This document shows, piece by piece, positions 12,123 through 25,130 of a stretch of 64,000 nt of DNA. The notes below the pieces were generated by a model. That model saw only the letters and a program-made list of their open reading frames with translations, searched no databases and was not told the origin of the DNA. How positions within the stretch are numbered: the first letter of the stretch is position 1; the number at the start of each line of letters is the position of its first letter. The stretch spans positions 30,690,001 to 30,754,000 of the forward strand of contig NC_043001.1 in NCBI RefSeq assembly GCF_006345805.1, written 5' to 3'. The position numbers and the translations under genes were made by a program. The DNA comes from Octopus sinensis (taxonomy: Eukaryota).

Positions 12123-12295
12123 TGTGTACAGTGCTCAGGTGCACTACAACTCATCTAAAGTGTATATATAATCAGGTGTAGTTTCGGCGGATTTCGGAAA
12201 GCATGAGGGCCTTAAAAGATGCAGTGTCATGGCAGTCAACAACTGACGCAGGCAGTTTATTCCATGCTTCAGCAACTCTGAGCGTGAATAAGAAA
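12090..12295 (-). mobile_element. CR1-clade LINE 3' end with (ATT)n tail
   Basis: Minus frame ...LRVAEAWNKLPASVVDCHDTASFKALMLSEIRRNYT* matches the CR1 RV...WN.LP..VV......FK motif, followed by (ATT)n. Confidence 0.8.
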
Positions 12296-12332
12296 TTAAT
12301 TACAATTACACCTTTCTTCAGTGATATTTTAT

Positions 12333-12788
12333 CCTTTACTTGTTCCAATCGCTTGACTGTGGCCGTGCTGGGGCACTGTCTAAAGGGTTTTTAGTCGAAT
12401 GATTCGACCACTTATTCTATCGGTTTCTTTTGCCGAACCGCTGTTTACGAGGACGTTATCAAACCAACACCAATTTTCAAGTGGGTGACGAACACAAAGA
12501 CACACACACACACACATATGTCCGTCCGTTCGTCTGTCCGTCCGTCCGTCCATCCGTCTGTCTGTCTGTCTGTCTGTCTGTCCGCCCGTCCGTCCGTCCG
12601 TCCGTCCATCCATCCATCTACCTATCTATCTATCTATCTATCTATCAGTTTCTGTCTACCTAATCCACTCACAAGACTCTGGTCGATCCAGAGCTATAGT
12701 AGAAGACATTTGCCCAAGTTTCCACACAGTGAGATTGAACCCGGAACTATGTGGTTGGGTAAAACTTCTTACCGCACAGCCCCGCCTG
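12333..12788 (-). mobile_element. SINE family B with expanded (GTCC)/(GTCT)/(CTAT) tetranucleotide tract
   Basis: Family-B flanks around a compound tetranucleotide repeat at about 12520-12645. Confidence 0.75.
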
Positions 12789-13599
12789 AGAATAATCACT
12801 ACCTAAATTATCAAGTTTGGTAAAAAAAAAAGCGGGACAACTCTCGAAATTTTTATTGATTAAAATTAAATTTCGCCACTTGTTCATATGTCAGAAATAA
12901 TAAACGTTGGTACTATATTTGATAAAGCGTAATCAGCTTTTCTAAATAGGATGGACGAAATCATTTTTAATTCAGGCACAAAAATTGCCAAATTTCGTTT
13001 TCCAGCTTTCCCTTTTACAAACTTTATATATCTAATCATTGCTGACTTTTTTTTTGTGTGTGTGTACATATCATAGTTGGAGAAGCTGGCCTTCTTACGT
13101 GTCGGCCTACTCAAAAGTAACTCTTACCACATTTGTAATGTGATTCTATCAGGAGCAGTCAACAAAGCAGTCAGCGAAACACAGTCGTCACTTTAGGAAG
13201 AAGAAAGCGAGAAAGAGAGCATGCGGAAAAAAGTTATTTTCTCTTCTCATGCTGCTGCAAACACCATTTATTTCAATATTATATGAATATACAAGCGAGC
13301 TAGTGTTTTGCTTATAGTTAAATATATTGTCAGACGCATATTTATATTCTTCCTCGTCTAAGTCTCTATTCCGCCTTTGCCTTTAATTTTTTTTTTTTTT
13401 TGTACACGTGTCCCATTCTTGGCTCTGCTATCGTTACAATCACCTGAATCAGCAGAATAATTCTTAGCTTGTCTCCATCGGCTCTCATCTGCGATTTTTA
13501 GATACTTTGTTGTTTCACCACCGAAATTCTTCGAACAACTTTTTATAAATGATTTGTTTGTGATGTAAATTTTCAATAGGCTGTTTACTAGAATACTTT

Positions 13600-13628
13600 T
13601 TGAAACTTATATATATATTTTTATACAG
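13600..13628 (+). promoter_or_regulatory. Probable splice acceptor 21 nt upstream of the ATG (5' UTR intron)
   Basis: ...ATATTTTTATACAG/AAGG ending at 13628. Confidence 0.5.
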
Positions 13629-13649
13629 AAGGATTTATATTTATATAAC

Positions 13650-14081
13650 ATGGCGATAAGGGGACTTATTCTCGGCTTCTGCCTGGTGAATATTGCGCAA
13701 ATATTAGCAATCGAACCATCATCGGATACATACGATCTAATATACAGCAGAGCAAGGGAAGCTTACAGTAGTCAAGGCTGGGTTGATTGTGTGAAACATA
13801 TCAAAGATGCTTTGAAAGATTATAAATTCTACCGAAGTACTTTAATTAGTTGTCGGCGTGAATGTCGAGGAAAAGTGATGAATGAAAACGAAACTTCAGT
13901 TTCCCCGGATTTGGAGAATATGATACCGTTTTTCTTCAAGATTATCAAAGTATCGAACTGTGTTCGAATGTGTAAACAAAAGAACATGCCAAACAGGCCT
14001 GATGTATCTGTTCACTTTGATATCGAAGACGATTTCGAGATGCGAATGCCATACGATTATTTACAGTTCTGTCATTATAAG
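13650..14081 (+). CDS. First coding exon (144 codons) of a prolyl 3-hydroxylase/leprecan family gene (P3H1-3, CRTAP or P3H4-like)
   Basis: Signal peptide MAIRGLILGFCLVNIAQILA. YDLIYSRAREAYSSQGW resembles P3H1 DLLFAEGTAAYARGDW. CXXXC motifs CRREC and CVRMC. FEMRMPYDYLQFCHYK resembles P3H1 FRKRSPYNYLQVAYFK and CRTAP FQRREPYKFLQFAYFK. Phase-0 donor AAG/GTAAGT at 14081/14082. Paralogue cannot be assigned from exon 1 alone. Confidence 0.92.
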
Positions 14082-14956
14082 GTAAGTCCGAATACTTTTT
14101 TCCCCTTACATGAATGAACTGCATATTTGAAATACCCCTTTATATCGAACGTAACCCCTTAAAATTAGGTTAAACCTGAAACGTTTTCTAATACATTGGC
14201 GTTACAGACTTCGTGGGCCTTTTACATTCGAATGACATTTAATTCGTTTCCTATTATATTTACACAGGGTGTAAACTCTAAGCCCCTTTCTCTGTTGAAA
14301 GTTTTAGTAGTTATTTGTATTTCCATTAACTATAGTGGATGGGTACTAACTTAATGGTGAAACTTTTATCTGATTAACAACTAATCAACAATCAAGATGT
14401 AATACAAATTAAACTTTCTTATTTGGGACAAGTTGACATTTCTTACTCAATGTTTATCTTTCGTAATACAAGAAGCCTGAAATGTAGTTAAAGTAATGTT
14501 TAGAGAAGAAATGATAAGATGTGACTATTAATGTGACACAAACAAATCCAAAGAATTTTCCTTCGGCGACACTTACTGCATCGATGATACTTAAATTTCA
14601 AAACTTCTAGAAAGTTTTTGCTTACTTTGACAACTAATCGATGGATGTGACTGACAGCGAGTATGTTTACATGTAAACAATTTTATAATCGTGTTCTACC
14701 GTAATTATACATATTCTTAAAGCTGATGATATGTCACATTTTTATAAAACGTTTCTAAATTAAATCCACAACGTCTGTAATGCTTGTTGGAAGGAGCACA
14801 AACTCTTAGATTTCCTCATCTTGCTAAAATTCTTCAAAGTTCAGCGAATTGAGTTTCTGCCGCTTCGGTACAACTGCAGGCCGACACGTTACATCTCTAT
14901 AGAATCAACGATAATTAACCTTTCAAATACAGACTTATTTTGTTATATAATCGTCA

Positions 14957-14974
14957 TATTGAATTATTATTAGT

Positions 14975-15032
<58 letters not shown>

Positions 15033-15050
15033 ACTAATAATAATTCAATA
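14957..15050. repeat. Perfect 94-bp palindrome centred on (AT)n
   Basis: TATTGAATTATTATTAGTCAA-(TA)n-TTGACTAATAATAATTCAATA. Confidence 0.9.
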
Positions 15051-15770
15051 CATATATATATATAGTATAATATATAGGCCTGTATTATTACACGCACATA
15101 TAATGTTATATATAATATATTGCTTTATATATATTATATAAGCATTGGAAGTTTTGTTTTATATATATTATAGTTAAGAAGCCACAAGAAAGCGGCACCT
15201 TGAGCAAGTGTTTTATACTGTAGCCTCGGTCAATTAATGCCTTGTGAATGGATTTGATATATAAAAGCTGAAAGGAGTCTGTCATATACATGCATGAATA
15301 TATACATATGCATGTGTGTGTATGTGTTTGTGTATGCCTCCACCACAGCTTGGCAACCGGAATTGGTTTGTTTACGTTCCTGTAACTCAGTGATTTGGGA
15401 AACGGCTGCGAGAAAATAAGTACCAGACTTAAAAATAAATTCTGGGGTCGAGTTATTTAACTACACTTGCCTTGGTGGTGCTCCAACATGACCCCCAGTC
15501 ATGTGACTGAAACAAATAAAATATAAAAAATTATTATGTATACATATATATCATCATATCTGTCTGTTTGTGTGTGTGTATATTGTATGTGTATATATAA
15601 GTATGTATACACGTATGTGTATGTATATATATGTATATATGTATATTTTTATACGTATATATATGTATGTATATATGTATATTTATATACGTATATGTAT
15701 GTATATTTATATACGTATATGTATGTATGTATACTTATATGCGTATATATATTTATATACGTATATATAT

Positions 15771-16105
15771 AGCTCAGTGGTTAGAGCATCTAGCTTACGA
15801 TCGTGAGGCTGTGAGTTCGATTCCCGGACCGGGCTGCGTGTTGTGTTCTTGAGCAAGACACTTTATTTTACGTTGCTATAGTTCACTCAGCTGTAGAAAG
15901 GAGTTGCAACGTCACAGGTGCCAAGCTGTATCAGCCTTTGCCTCTCCCTTGGATAACACTGGTGGCATGGAGAGGGGAGGCCGGTATGCATGGGCGACTG
16001 TTGGTCTTCCATAAAAATAACCTTGCCCGGACTTGTGCCTGGGAGGGTAACTTTCTAGGTGCAGTCCCATGGTCAATCATGACTGAAGGGGGTCTCAGCA
16101 ACTCA
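15771..16105 (+). mobile_element. SINE, family C variant
   Basis: AGCTCAGTGGTTAGAGC A-box, GAGTTCGATTCCC B-box, GTGTTCTTGAGCAAGACAC core. Its tail also occurs at about 44158-44350. Confidence 0.75.
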
Positions 16106-16116
16106 GCATATATATG

Positions 16117-16187
<71 letters not shown>

Positions 16188-16578
16188 TCATGATTATATA
16201 TACAGCAATAAGAAAATGGAGGGGATCAAGAGGTGGTATTCATCAACTTTTAGACATTATCTTATGCCTATTTATTTTTTAGAAAGACAATTATAACAAT
16301 ATACACACATGTATAACATATTATGCTTTACATATATAATATATAAAATACCAGTGATTATTAAAATATATAACATAGAGCATAGAAATTAGGATAATAT
16401 CTTACAGTTGTTTCAGCCAAGAGGCCATAGTACCCCATTCTACTTTTATCACTCCAGTGAACTGAGGTATTTGGTAGATAAGATTAAGGTACTTGGGTGC
16501 GTCTCTGGGCTTCGTCAGAGAGTTTAGAAAGTTCATAAGGTTAAGATACAAATACATACATATATACATATATACACA

Positions 16579-16707
16579 TAAACACGTATACACATATTTA
16601 AATGTATATGCATATGTATATGTATATGCATACAAAGGAATCAATTATTATTATTATAATTGATTCCTTTGTATGCATATACATTTAAATATGTGTACAT
16701 GTGTTTA
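16579..16707. repeat. Fold-back inverted repeat centred on (TAT)n
   Basis: 29-bp perfect arms ATGTATATGCATACAAAGGAATCAATTAT / ATAATTGATTCCTTTGTATGCATATACAT with a 7-nt loop; imperfect outer arms. Confidence 0.85.
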
Positions 16708-18021
16708 AAGGCCTGTGATATGCAGGATACTGATTCAGAGAACAATGCCTGTCATTGCCACAGATGGAGGAAGCAGGTTAAGTTGAGTGAGCACGTATTT
16801 TGCATAAAGAAATTAAGTGTGCTGCTCAAAAGCACACTGGTGGTGTAGTGAATGGGGAAAGCTTGATCTGCAATGTTTGCAGTCGTGTATGCTTGTCAAG
16901 AGCAGGGCCCATTAGCCACCAACGGAGCCGCAAATGCAAAATATAAGTTAGTCCTAGAGCGCACAATGTTCCTGAAGGTCAGCAATGGTCTTCCTTGGTC
17001 ACAAGTGGACGGCCATCATATCATGTATGTATGTGCATATGTATATGTATGTGTATATATGTGTGTGTGAGTATGTGTATATATGTATGTCTATATGTAT
17101 GTGTGTGTGTGTGTGTGCATGCTAAGAAGTTTGCTTCCAACTACATGGTTCCTTGTTCAGTCCCACTGCACGACAAGGTGGCCAAGTGTCTTCTGCTCTA
17201 ATCTTGGGCCGATAAAAGCCTTATGAGTGGATTTGGTAGACAGAAACTGAAGGAAGTATGTTGTATGTGTATACACACGTGTGTGTGTTTGTGTCTCTGT
17301 TTGTCTCCCCACCACCACATGACGACCAGTGTCAACTTAGCAGTTTTAAAAAAAGAAAAGTAAGGTAGTAAGGTAGATCCTTTTGACTAAGATTCTTCCA
17401 GCTGGTGCCCTAGCATGGCTGCAGTCTAATGACTGAAACAAGTAAAAGAATAAAAGAATATATATATATCTCTCTCTAAATACACAACCAAAAGAGCTGC
17501 TAATAATTTCATGCTTTTTTGTACTTGAACATGAATATTTATAAAATACCACATGTATCTTAAAGTAATCTTTCAGGCTTTAAGATATAATTTAATGATG
17601 TTCATACTGAAAAGGTTGCTTTAGGAAACTTGGTGTATTTTATAAATATTTCTGTTCAAGTATCATGAAAGCACAAAACTATTAGTATCTCTTTCAGTTG
17701 TGTATTTAAATTGGTATTTATCTCTCACTGGATGGAATACTTTTTTGGTTGATTCTATCTCTATTGGATCTTTAAATTATATATGTATTGTGTGTATGTA
17801 TGTGTATACATATATAAATATTTAAAATGAGGAAGGCTGGTTTATGGGTCCATGACCTCTTAGGTCTTGGGCCAACAGGTTTTGGGATCTGATGATTTGC
17901 CATAAAGTTAAACTCTTTATGGATGAGAAACCTAAGGTAGTCCCATAAACTGGCGTTCCCCATTTTTAATATATACTGCTCTATATCTTATAGTGTGCTT
18001 CTTTTGGATTTATGTTTTTTA

Positions 18022-18057
<36 letters not shown>

Positions 18058-18214
18058 GCTGATCACCCTATGCTCATCAGTCGCAACTTGCCTGAAGATC
18101 CTCTGTGCCTACAGTTGAAACTCAGAGTAGCAAGAGGCTGATGTCACCAAAATAAGTATTAATTTCCACTGTGGTATTGAGTATTCTTTTTTCTGACAGT
18201 TAACACTAAATGGG

Positions 18215-18253
<39 letters not shown>

Positions 18254-18798
18254 TATATACATATATAAATAATACATATTTTATATTTATTATATATGTA
18301 TCATATCTACAGTATTACTGTATATATGTGATATGTTATGGCACTTAACTATACAAAAATAGTGAGAGTATATAAAATAGTTTAATGACAACCATACTAA
18401 CAAACAACGCTCATGGCTTTGAGTTTCTTGCGAAACTGATCACTCTACCTACCAGGTGTGCAACTTAAATTCATAACATGCACATATGATGAGTGTTGGC
18501 TGATCAACTTTACATGAAACTTGGAGTCATGAGCATCATTGTTTTGTATGATTTTCATTAAACTACATCATATTATATATATGCACATGTGTGTGTGTTT
18601 ATACAGAGACATGACAGGTACCAACACTAGAGAAGGTGTCTTGCTCACCAGTCACTCTGGCAGGAGCACAATTTTATGATTTCCCATCCTAGCACCAACA
18701 CAGGAAATGTAGAAAATACTCAGTAACCTAAGACATGTAGACTAAATAGGTGGGGTCAGAAATAGGTAAGGGAAACGAAAATGTAAGTGTAAAGTGTA

Positions 18799-19310
18799 CC
18801 GTAAATCCTTGAGTATAATCCACATTTTTTCCCAAAATTTAAAGGTCAAAATCCCTAATGCTTACTATATACGAGGTTAAAAATGAAAATTATTTTCTAA
18901 GCAATGCCCGAGTCTCTATTTGCTGTCCGGCAATGTTTATTCAGACGCATTTTGTGATGTCAGACGCGAAAATACCTTAAGCTAAGCCTGATAGCAATGA
19001 AGTCATAAAAAGAATCATCCATAACTTGCAGTAAGCAACATTTATTAAACATTATTACTGTTATTTCTTTATTTTCTGCAAACAAAATACCCAAAAAAGC
19101 TACACGTTTGCATTATGTTATATATACAATAATAATAAAGGACGTTACCATATACATTTTTACAAACCAAGGATGTTATATAGACCTTCTTGACTCAAGT
19201 TAGAGAAGGGGTGCGTATTATACACAAGGTTTAGGTTTTTCAGAGGTACTGTCCCTTAAAAATCCACTGTGTATTATACTCAAGGGTGGACTATACTCGA
19301 GGATTTACGG
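18799..19310. mobile_element. Tc1/mariner-superfamily (pogo-like) MITE
   Basis: TIR CCGTAAATCCTTGAGTATA / TATACTCGAGGATTTACGG with TA on both sides. A lone TIR fragment also lies at about 24476-24505. Confidence 0.8.
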
Positions 19311-19712
19311 TACTCAATAACCTAGGACATGTACATTTGCTTAGATGGCCAAGGAGGGTATTTGAAGATGGAATAATGAGATGAGGAGGATCATTGTAAA
19401 AGACTGTTATTTGGAGTTGAGTGAAGAGGGGAGTGATTGGCTATAACAGAAGTTGGCAAAGGTAACAGTGGGAGATAAGTTAAGAATAGGTGATGGGTGA
19501 GTGGCAAGAAAGACAACTTCTTTGATACTGATGTCATAGAAATGCATTCAGTACATGATATAAAGTGGTTGGCGAATGAGCAGAGAAAGTGTAGGTTTGT
19601 GAGCTATCTTAAGTCTTGTCTCACTAAGGGCTCTAGTGTCGGTGCCATGTGAAAATGCACCTGATATACTCTGTAAATTGTTTGGTGATAGGTAGGGCAG
19701 CCAACCATAGAA

Positions 19713-19969
19713 TAAATAATAAATAAATGCGCCCTTTTAAAGCCTAGCCAGGCTCATGGGCCCGGTTTCTATGGCATATGTGTTCCCCAGCTGGATGGGA
19801 TGCCAGTCCATCGCAGCGTTACTCATTTGTGCCAGCTGAGTGGACTGGAGCAATGTGAAATGAAGTGCTTTGCTCAAGAACATAACGCATCGCCTGGTCC
19901 AGGAATTGAAACCACAATCTTATGATCATGATGCTGACACCCTCACCACTAAACCACGTGCCTCCACAT
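19713..19969 (-). mobile_element. SINE family C, inserted into an older repeat
   Basis: TSD CCAACCATAGAA at 19701-19712 and 19970-19981. Confidence 0.85.
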
Positions 19970-20534
19970 CCAACCATAGAAGCCAAACCAAATGATATGT
20001 CTGAGCATCAGTCTATAGAAGCAATGACCTCCAGTAAGAAATGATTTAGACTATAATGACCTATCCAACCCTTATTGACATGGAAAGCAGATACAGAATA
20101 ATGATGATGACAAACAATCATATTATGCTCAAATACCTATTTGGCATGGTTTCAGAATGTCCTTCTCCACTGCTAATTAGATCACCAAGGTAACGGAAGC
20201 TCTCAGCTATTTTTTGGGACCCTTCTGGACATTTGAGAGAATCTGTTCCTCGTGCACTTTTAGTGTTTTTACTCTGCACATCTATTATATAAAATGCCTG
20301 GGATTCCACTGTACCTTTCCTAATACCAGATACTTTACAGTGTGTACTGCCTGCATTTTCTCACAGTATCAGCACTTGAAAGGTTGTGAAGACCCTTGGA
20401 AAGACTAAAGAGTCATCTCAACTCTATGTTGTAGCTACATGATTTGCCAACCATGTACAAAATACATTTTGTTGAGGTTCCAGCACCAGTGACTCAGAAG
20501 GCTAAAGATCCTCCATAAATTAAAAGGAAAATAG

Positions 20535-20575
<41 letters not shown>

Positions 20576-22553
20576 CAATGACTTTAAGTGAGATGTTGAA
20601 AGAAGTTTCAGTATGATGATATGTAGTTGTTAAGCAACAAGATGGGTAGGGGTGATTAGGTGATGGTCTAGGGCTTAGGGGTGGGAGACCCCAGACCTTG
20701 GGAAAAAAAACAACTTTGGTCGTCTTGTAGTCAAGGGCTCTTCATTGATGCCTGACACCACTGGGAGGTGGCCCTCAAAGCCGCTGGAAATGGAGATCTC
20801 CCGGTCAAAATTCTTGAATGGCTCATGATATGTATGTGCATGCGCACGCGTGCACACACACACACACACACACACACCATCATCATCATCATTTTACATT
20901 CACTCTTCATGCTGGCATGGATTGGGTGGTTTGATGGGATCCAACTGGCTGGAGAACCATGTCTTGCTGTTATGCCTCAGTTTTGGTATAGTTTCTATTA
21001 CTGGATGCCCTTCCCAATGCCAGCTACTTAACAGGGTGTGTTGCATGCTTTTTCCTGGCTCTATCACTATGAAATTGCATTGTAAAGAGCCCTTACAAAT
21101 GAAAGAAAACAAGAAAGACTAGTGTTAAAGGATTAGTGAGAGAGTCACAGAATGATTGGAAGTGTAGTGGGGTGGGTTGAGTAGGAGGAGATTCAGGGCT
21201 ACCCCTATGTTATTTATGGGTGGGGGTAGATGAAGTGGTGTCAGAAGGGAGGTAAAGATGATGGTGACAAGGAGCCAGAGTGTACTATCAAGGTAAGATG
21301 TTCAAGAAAGTGAATGGAAGAGAGCATGGGAATAGAAGGATCTGGAAGGGTGGGTAAATATTGTGGGTGTGTGCATATGTGTATGTGGGTGTGTTGTAGA
21401 GTGAGTGAGTGATAGAATTTGGAGTTGAGGCAGTCAGCAGTAAATAAGGGGTGAAGATGATCAATGGTAAAAATGAAACTTGGGTACCCATAGGAAGTGA
21501 CTCAAGAAAGAGGACAGGAAGTACAGGAAGGGTGTGATACAAGATGCAGTATTGAGTTCTGTTTTCATGAATTACAACAGCAGGATTTATAGAGTAAATA
21601 AGAGAGTGATAATATGAGGGTGGGAATTGAATCATAATGAGTCATGGAGATGATTGGGAGACAGTAAGTTTAGACTTAACAGGGACATATTGGGCACAGA
21701 ATCCAGATGTTTGCTTACACATACTTCCAATTTTCATCACTACCACCATTTTAACATCAATTTTGCCATGCTTGCATAAATGAGTACTGTATTTCACCAA
21801 TCATCTCAGTCCCTCGTCATTATCTCCTTGACATCCAGAGATCAGTCTTCATTACTTAGTTCCGCATCTTCCTGGGTTTCCCCTTTTCCACAGGTTCCAT
21901 CCACTGTAAGCAGTTGGCCCCTTATACAGCTGTCTTGATCCTTATACATCACATGCCCATACCAATGCAGTTTTCTTATTTTCACACAACATATCAGTTT
22001 CACTGCATAAGATTCCTTTGATACCAAGTTTTTCTCTCAACACATTTATACTTTGTCATTTATGTACACTGACATTATACATTAAGTAGAGTATGCTTGC
22101 TTCATTCCTTTCTAGTCTTTTCAGGTCCTCCATATTCATTGCCCTCATCTTATTACTTTGTAGCATTGCAGTTTGTACATCAGATCATACAGTCTACTTT
22201 TCACTTTGAGAGAGAAACCATTTTTTGTTACCAATAGAAGTAATAGTTCCTTGAACTTTCTCCATCTTGTTCTTCTTCTGGCTGTTAAACTTTCAGAATG
22301 TCCTTCTCCACTGCTAATTAGATCACCAAGGTAACGGAAGCTCTCATTTGAGAGAATCTGTTCCTCATGCACTTTTAGTGTTTTTGCTCCCCGAAAGGAT
22401 GACCCTGAAAGGATGAAAGGCAAAGTTGACCTCAGCGGAATTTGAACTCAGAGCATAAAGACTGACAAAATACAGCTAAGCATTTTGTTCAATGTGCTAA
22501 CGTTTCTGCCAGCTTGCTGCACTGAATATTACCAATCAGTGTGGTCCTTTTTC

Positions 22554-22916
22554 TCTCTCTATCCACTCAGTCGAAGTCGACTCTCAGTCACTCGTTGGAT
22601 CAGTGTCCTCCAGTCAGTTCTATCCTGGGCCGCTTCTTTCAGATTGGCTATGTCCATTCCGGTATCACTCTTGATGGTGTCAAGCCAGTGGGTTCTTGGT
22701 CGGCCTCTTCCTCTCTTGCCACTGACCATTCCAAGTATGATGTCCTTCTCCAGGGATTTTCTCCTCATAATATGACCAAAATATGCCAATCTATGCTTGG
22801 TGATCCTAGCTTCTAGCGACATTGTCGGCCTTATCTGCTTAAGAACTTTTCCATTGGTAAGCCTCATTGTCCATGGAATCCGTAAAAGTCTTCTCCAACA
22901 CCAAAGCTCGAATCAA
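22554..22916 (-). mobile_element. RTE/BovB-type LINE, 5'-truncated, relatively young
   Basis: Open frame ...RLAYFGHIMRRKSLEKDIILGMVSGKRGRGRPRTHWLDTIK...AQDRTDWR...VTESRLRL. TSD GTCCTTTTTC at 22544-22553 and 22917-22926. Confidence 0.9.
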
Positions 22917-23784
22917 GTCCTTTTTCATCTCTGCAAAATATAGCTTCTTTAATGCAGCTTTCACCATTTCATTCTGAGTCTTCCATGAGGTTATTAATTT
23001 GAAGCACATGACACATTACACAGCAGTCTTCCTCCATATGCATCATATGCCCATACCAACACTGCCTTCTCTCTTGCATATTATATCTGAATTCCCATAT
23101 AACTAGTTTTTCTCTCAACTCATTTGTACTCTGGTGTTTATACACATTGATGTTACATATCCATTGGAACATGCTTGCTTCATATTTTCCTAGCCTTCAC
23201 AGATCTTCAGCATTCAAAGTCTGTATCTTACTATCATGCAGCATTGCAGTCAGAACACAAGTATCATACAATCTGTCTTCACTCTGAGGGAAAAGGCTTT
23301 TGTTGGCAGCAGAAATAGTATTACTATAGTGTTTTTCTAATCTATTCATACTTAAACTACTATACTTTTGGTTATAACCACTTTCATTGTGAAGTATATC
23401 ACATAGTAACTGGAAGCTATCAATTTTTTTTGGTGAATCATCCAGACATTTTAGAGAATTTATTTCTTGAGTGGTCTCTGTGCTTATTAACCTAATGCAT
23501 CTACCACAAAGCCTGCTTTCTGTGTTAGCTTGTCTATTATTTCACTACACCTCTAGTGTGTTCATAGCTTACACTAGGTACAGCTTCTGGAGTTTCTACT
23601 CACTCCTTTACTGCATACAAGAAAGATTATTTCCCTAACATTACCAAAATCCTACTGTCTTTTCTACTACAGATATCTTGGTCTTAGCTACTTTGAGACT
23701 TATCAATTCTAGGTTATACTTCAATGCCTGGAATTTCACTAAAATTCTTCAATAGAGTCGGCTCTGAGAGTGACATCACCGGCA

Positions 23785-24120
23785 TACGAAGGGGTACCCA
23801 AAAGAAACCGGAATTTTGCAATATTATTTTATTGACTTAGTTTCACGAGTTTGACAGCTCTAATGCATCTTCTTTACCCTTGTAGTAGTTTAGAATGGTA
23901 CTGGTGTACCAGTCATTGGGTTTAACACTTTCCTGTATTACCTGATTATTCAGGTGACTACCATGTATCCTACAAAACCAGATATTACGAGCGTCTTAGT
24001 GACTATTGTTGGCCAAGTAGCTTTCACTCCTGTCATATTTTTTAACCACTTTACCAAACCGTTTTGAACTTGAATTGTTGGTCTCTTTTTTTGAGTCAAA
24101 GTGAGCTCTCTAATTCCATG
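23785..24120 (+). mobile_element. Mariner-like 5' end fragment
   Basis: TACGAAGGGGTACCCAAAAGAAACCGGAAT resembles a mariner TIR; no partner end found. Confidence 0.45.
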
Positions 24121-25130
24121 CATTCAACAACCCCTCAAAATACCACTTTCGTTTTTCTTTCTTGTTATCAGCACTAAGAGTAAGTGTGCCTGCATAATTT
24201 TGGATATATTCCGCTTCAGTGACATCTGGATTTTTTTCTGCACTATCTTGTAATTTAGAACACTTCACACCTTTTGTTGCAGAATGTGCAAATTTCTTCC
24301 TTTCTCTTTCTTCCCTTAACTTCCCTTCTAACTACTTGCTAATGCTCTCTGCTTCCACTTTTTTTTCCAAACTTTCCAAGCCTGTCCCTTAACTACTGTG
24401 CCATTCTACCACTATATCACTGTCTGACTGATCAGCAGGGAACATGATTGTGTGCACAACAACACAAATGCTAAATACCGAAAATCCTCGAGTATAATCC
24501 ACATTTCGTTCTTTCATTTCGTTCTTGAACATCCAGCATTGGGATCTTTTTTAAAAGCATTTGGGTTGTTATTTCTAGCAGGTAAAGCTTGGCTGATTCA
24601 TGCCATCTTGGTTGGCGTTTGTCAGATGATGTCAGAGATCAAGGAGGAAATAAATAACATTAGCTTCATTAATTTTACATTGTAATAAAGACTTTGGGAC
24701 AAATTGGCCAACAGTTGGAATTCAAATTGGGACTGGAACAATAGAATGACTGCATTACAAAATTAATTCACATGTGCTGGTGGCACGTAAAAAGCACCCA
24801 CTACACTCGTGGAGTGGTTGGTGTTAGGAAAGGTATCCAGTTGTAGAAACACTGCCAGATCAGACTGGTGCCTGGCGCAGCCTCCTGGCTTCCCAGACCC
24901 CTGTCGATTCGTCCAACCCATGTTAGCATGGAAAACGGATGTTAAACGATGATGGTGATCTGTTCTTAACCTCTGATCAAACATCACCAGGGCATATATA
25001 GTCATTATAGATGTATTGTTGTCATGCTATTTAGCTCTCTTTAGTTTTGGGCCACAGGCCTAATTAGCCCTCTGCAAGGAGTGTGGCTTTTAAGCTAGTA
25101 TATATATATATATATATATATCAAGTTGTT

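Larger units (their letters stand above)
20100..24420 (-). mobile_element. Scattered decayed RTE-X-like LINE fragments (about 20100-20330, 21720-22385, 22920-23760, 24150-24420)
   Basis: Minus translations SFRYLGDLISSG, WYGHVM, RRQCWYGHMMHM and WWNGTV...QAWK match RTE ORF2 motifs. Many stops; interleaved with other repeats. Confidence 0.65.

Noticed and set aside
14082-14117. ORF-track extension VSPNTFFPLHE* of the P3H ORF
   Set aside because: Read-through into the intron past the GTAAGT donor.
15771-15845. tRNA-like sequence
   Set aside because: A/B boxes only, no acceptor stem, and it runs into a SINE core; it is a SINE head.
17772-17963. Minus ORF with a natural-looking peptide
   Set aside because: No recognisable motif or splice context; it ends in microsatellite.
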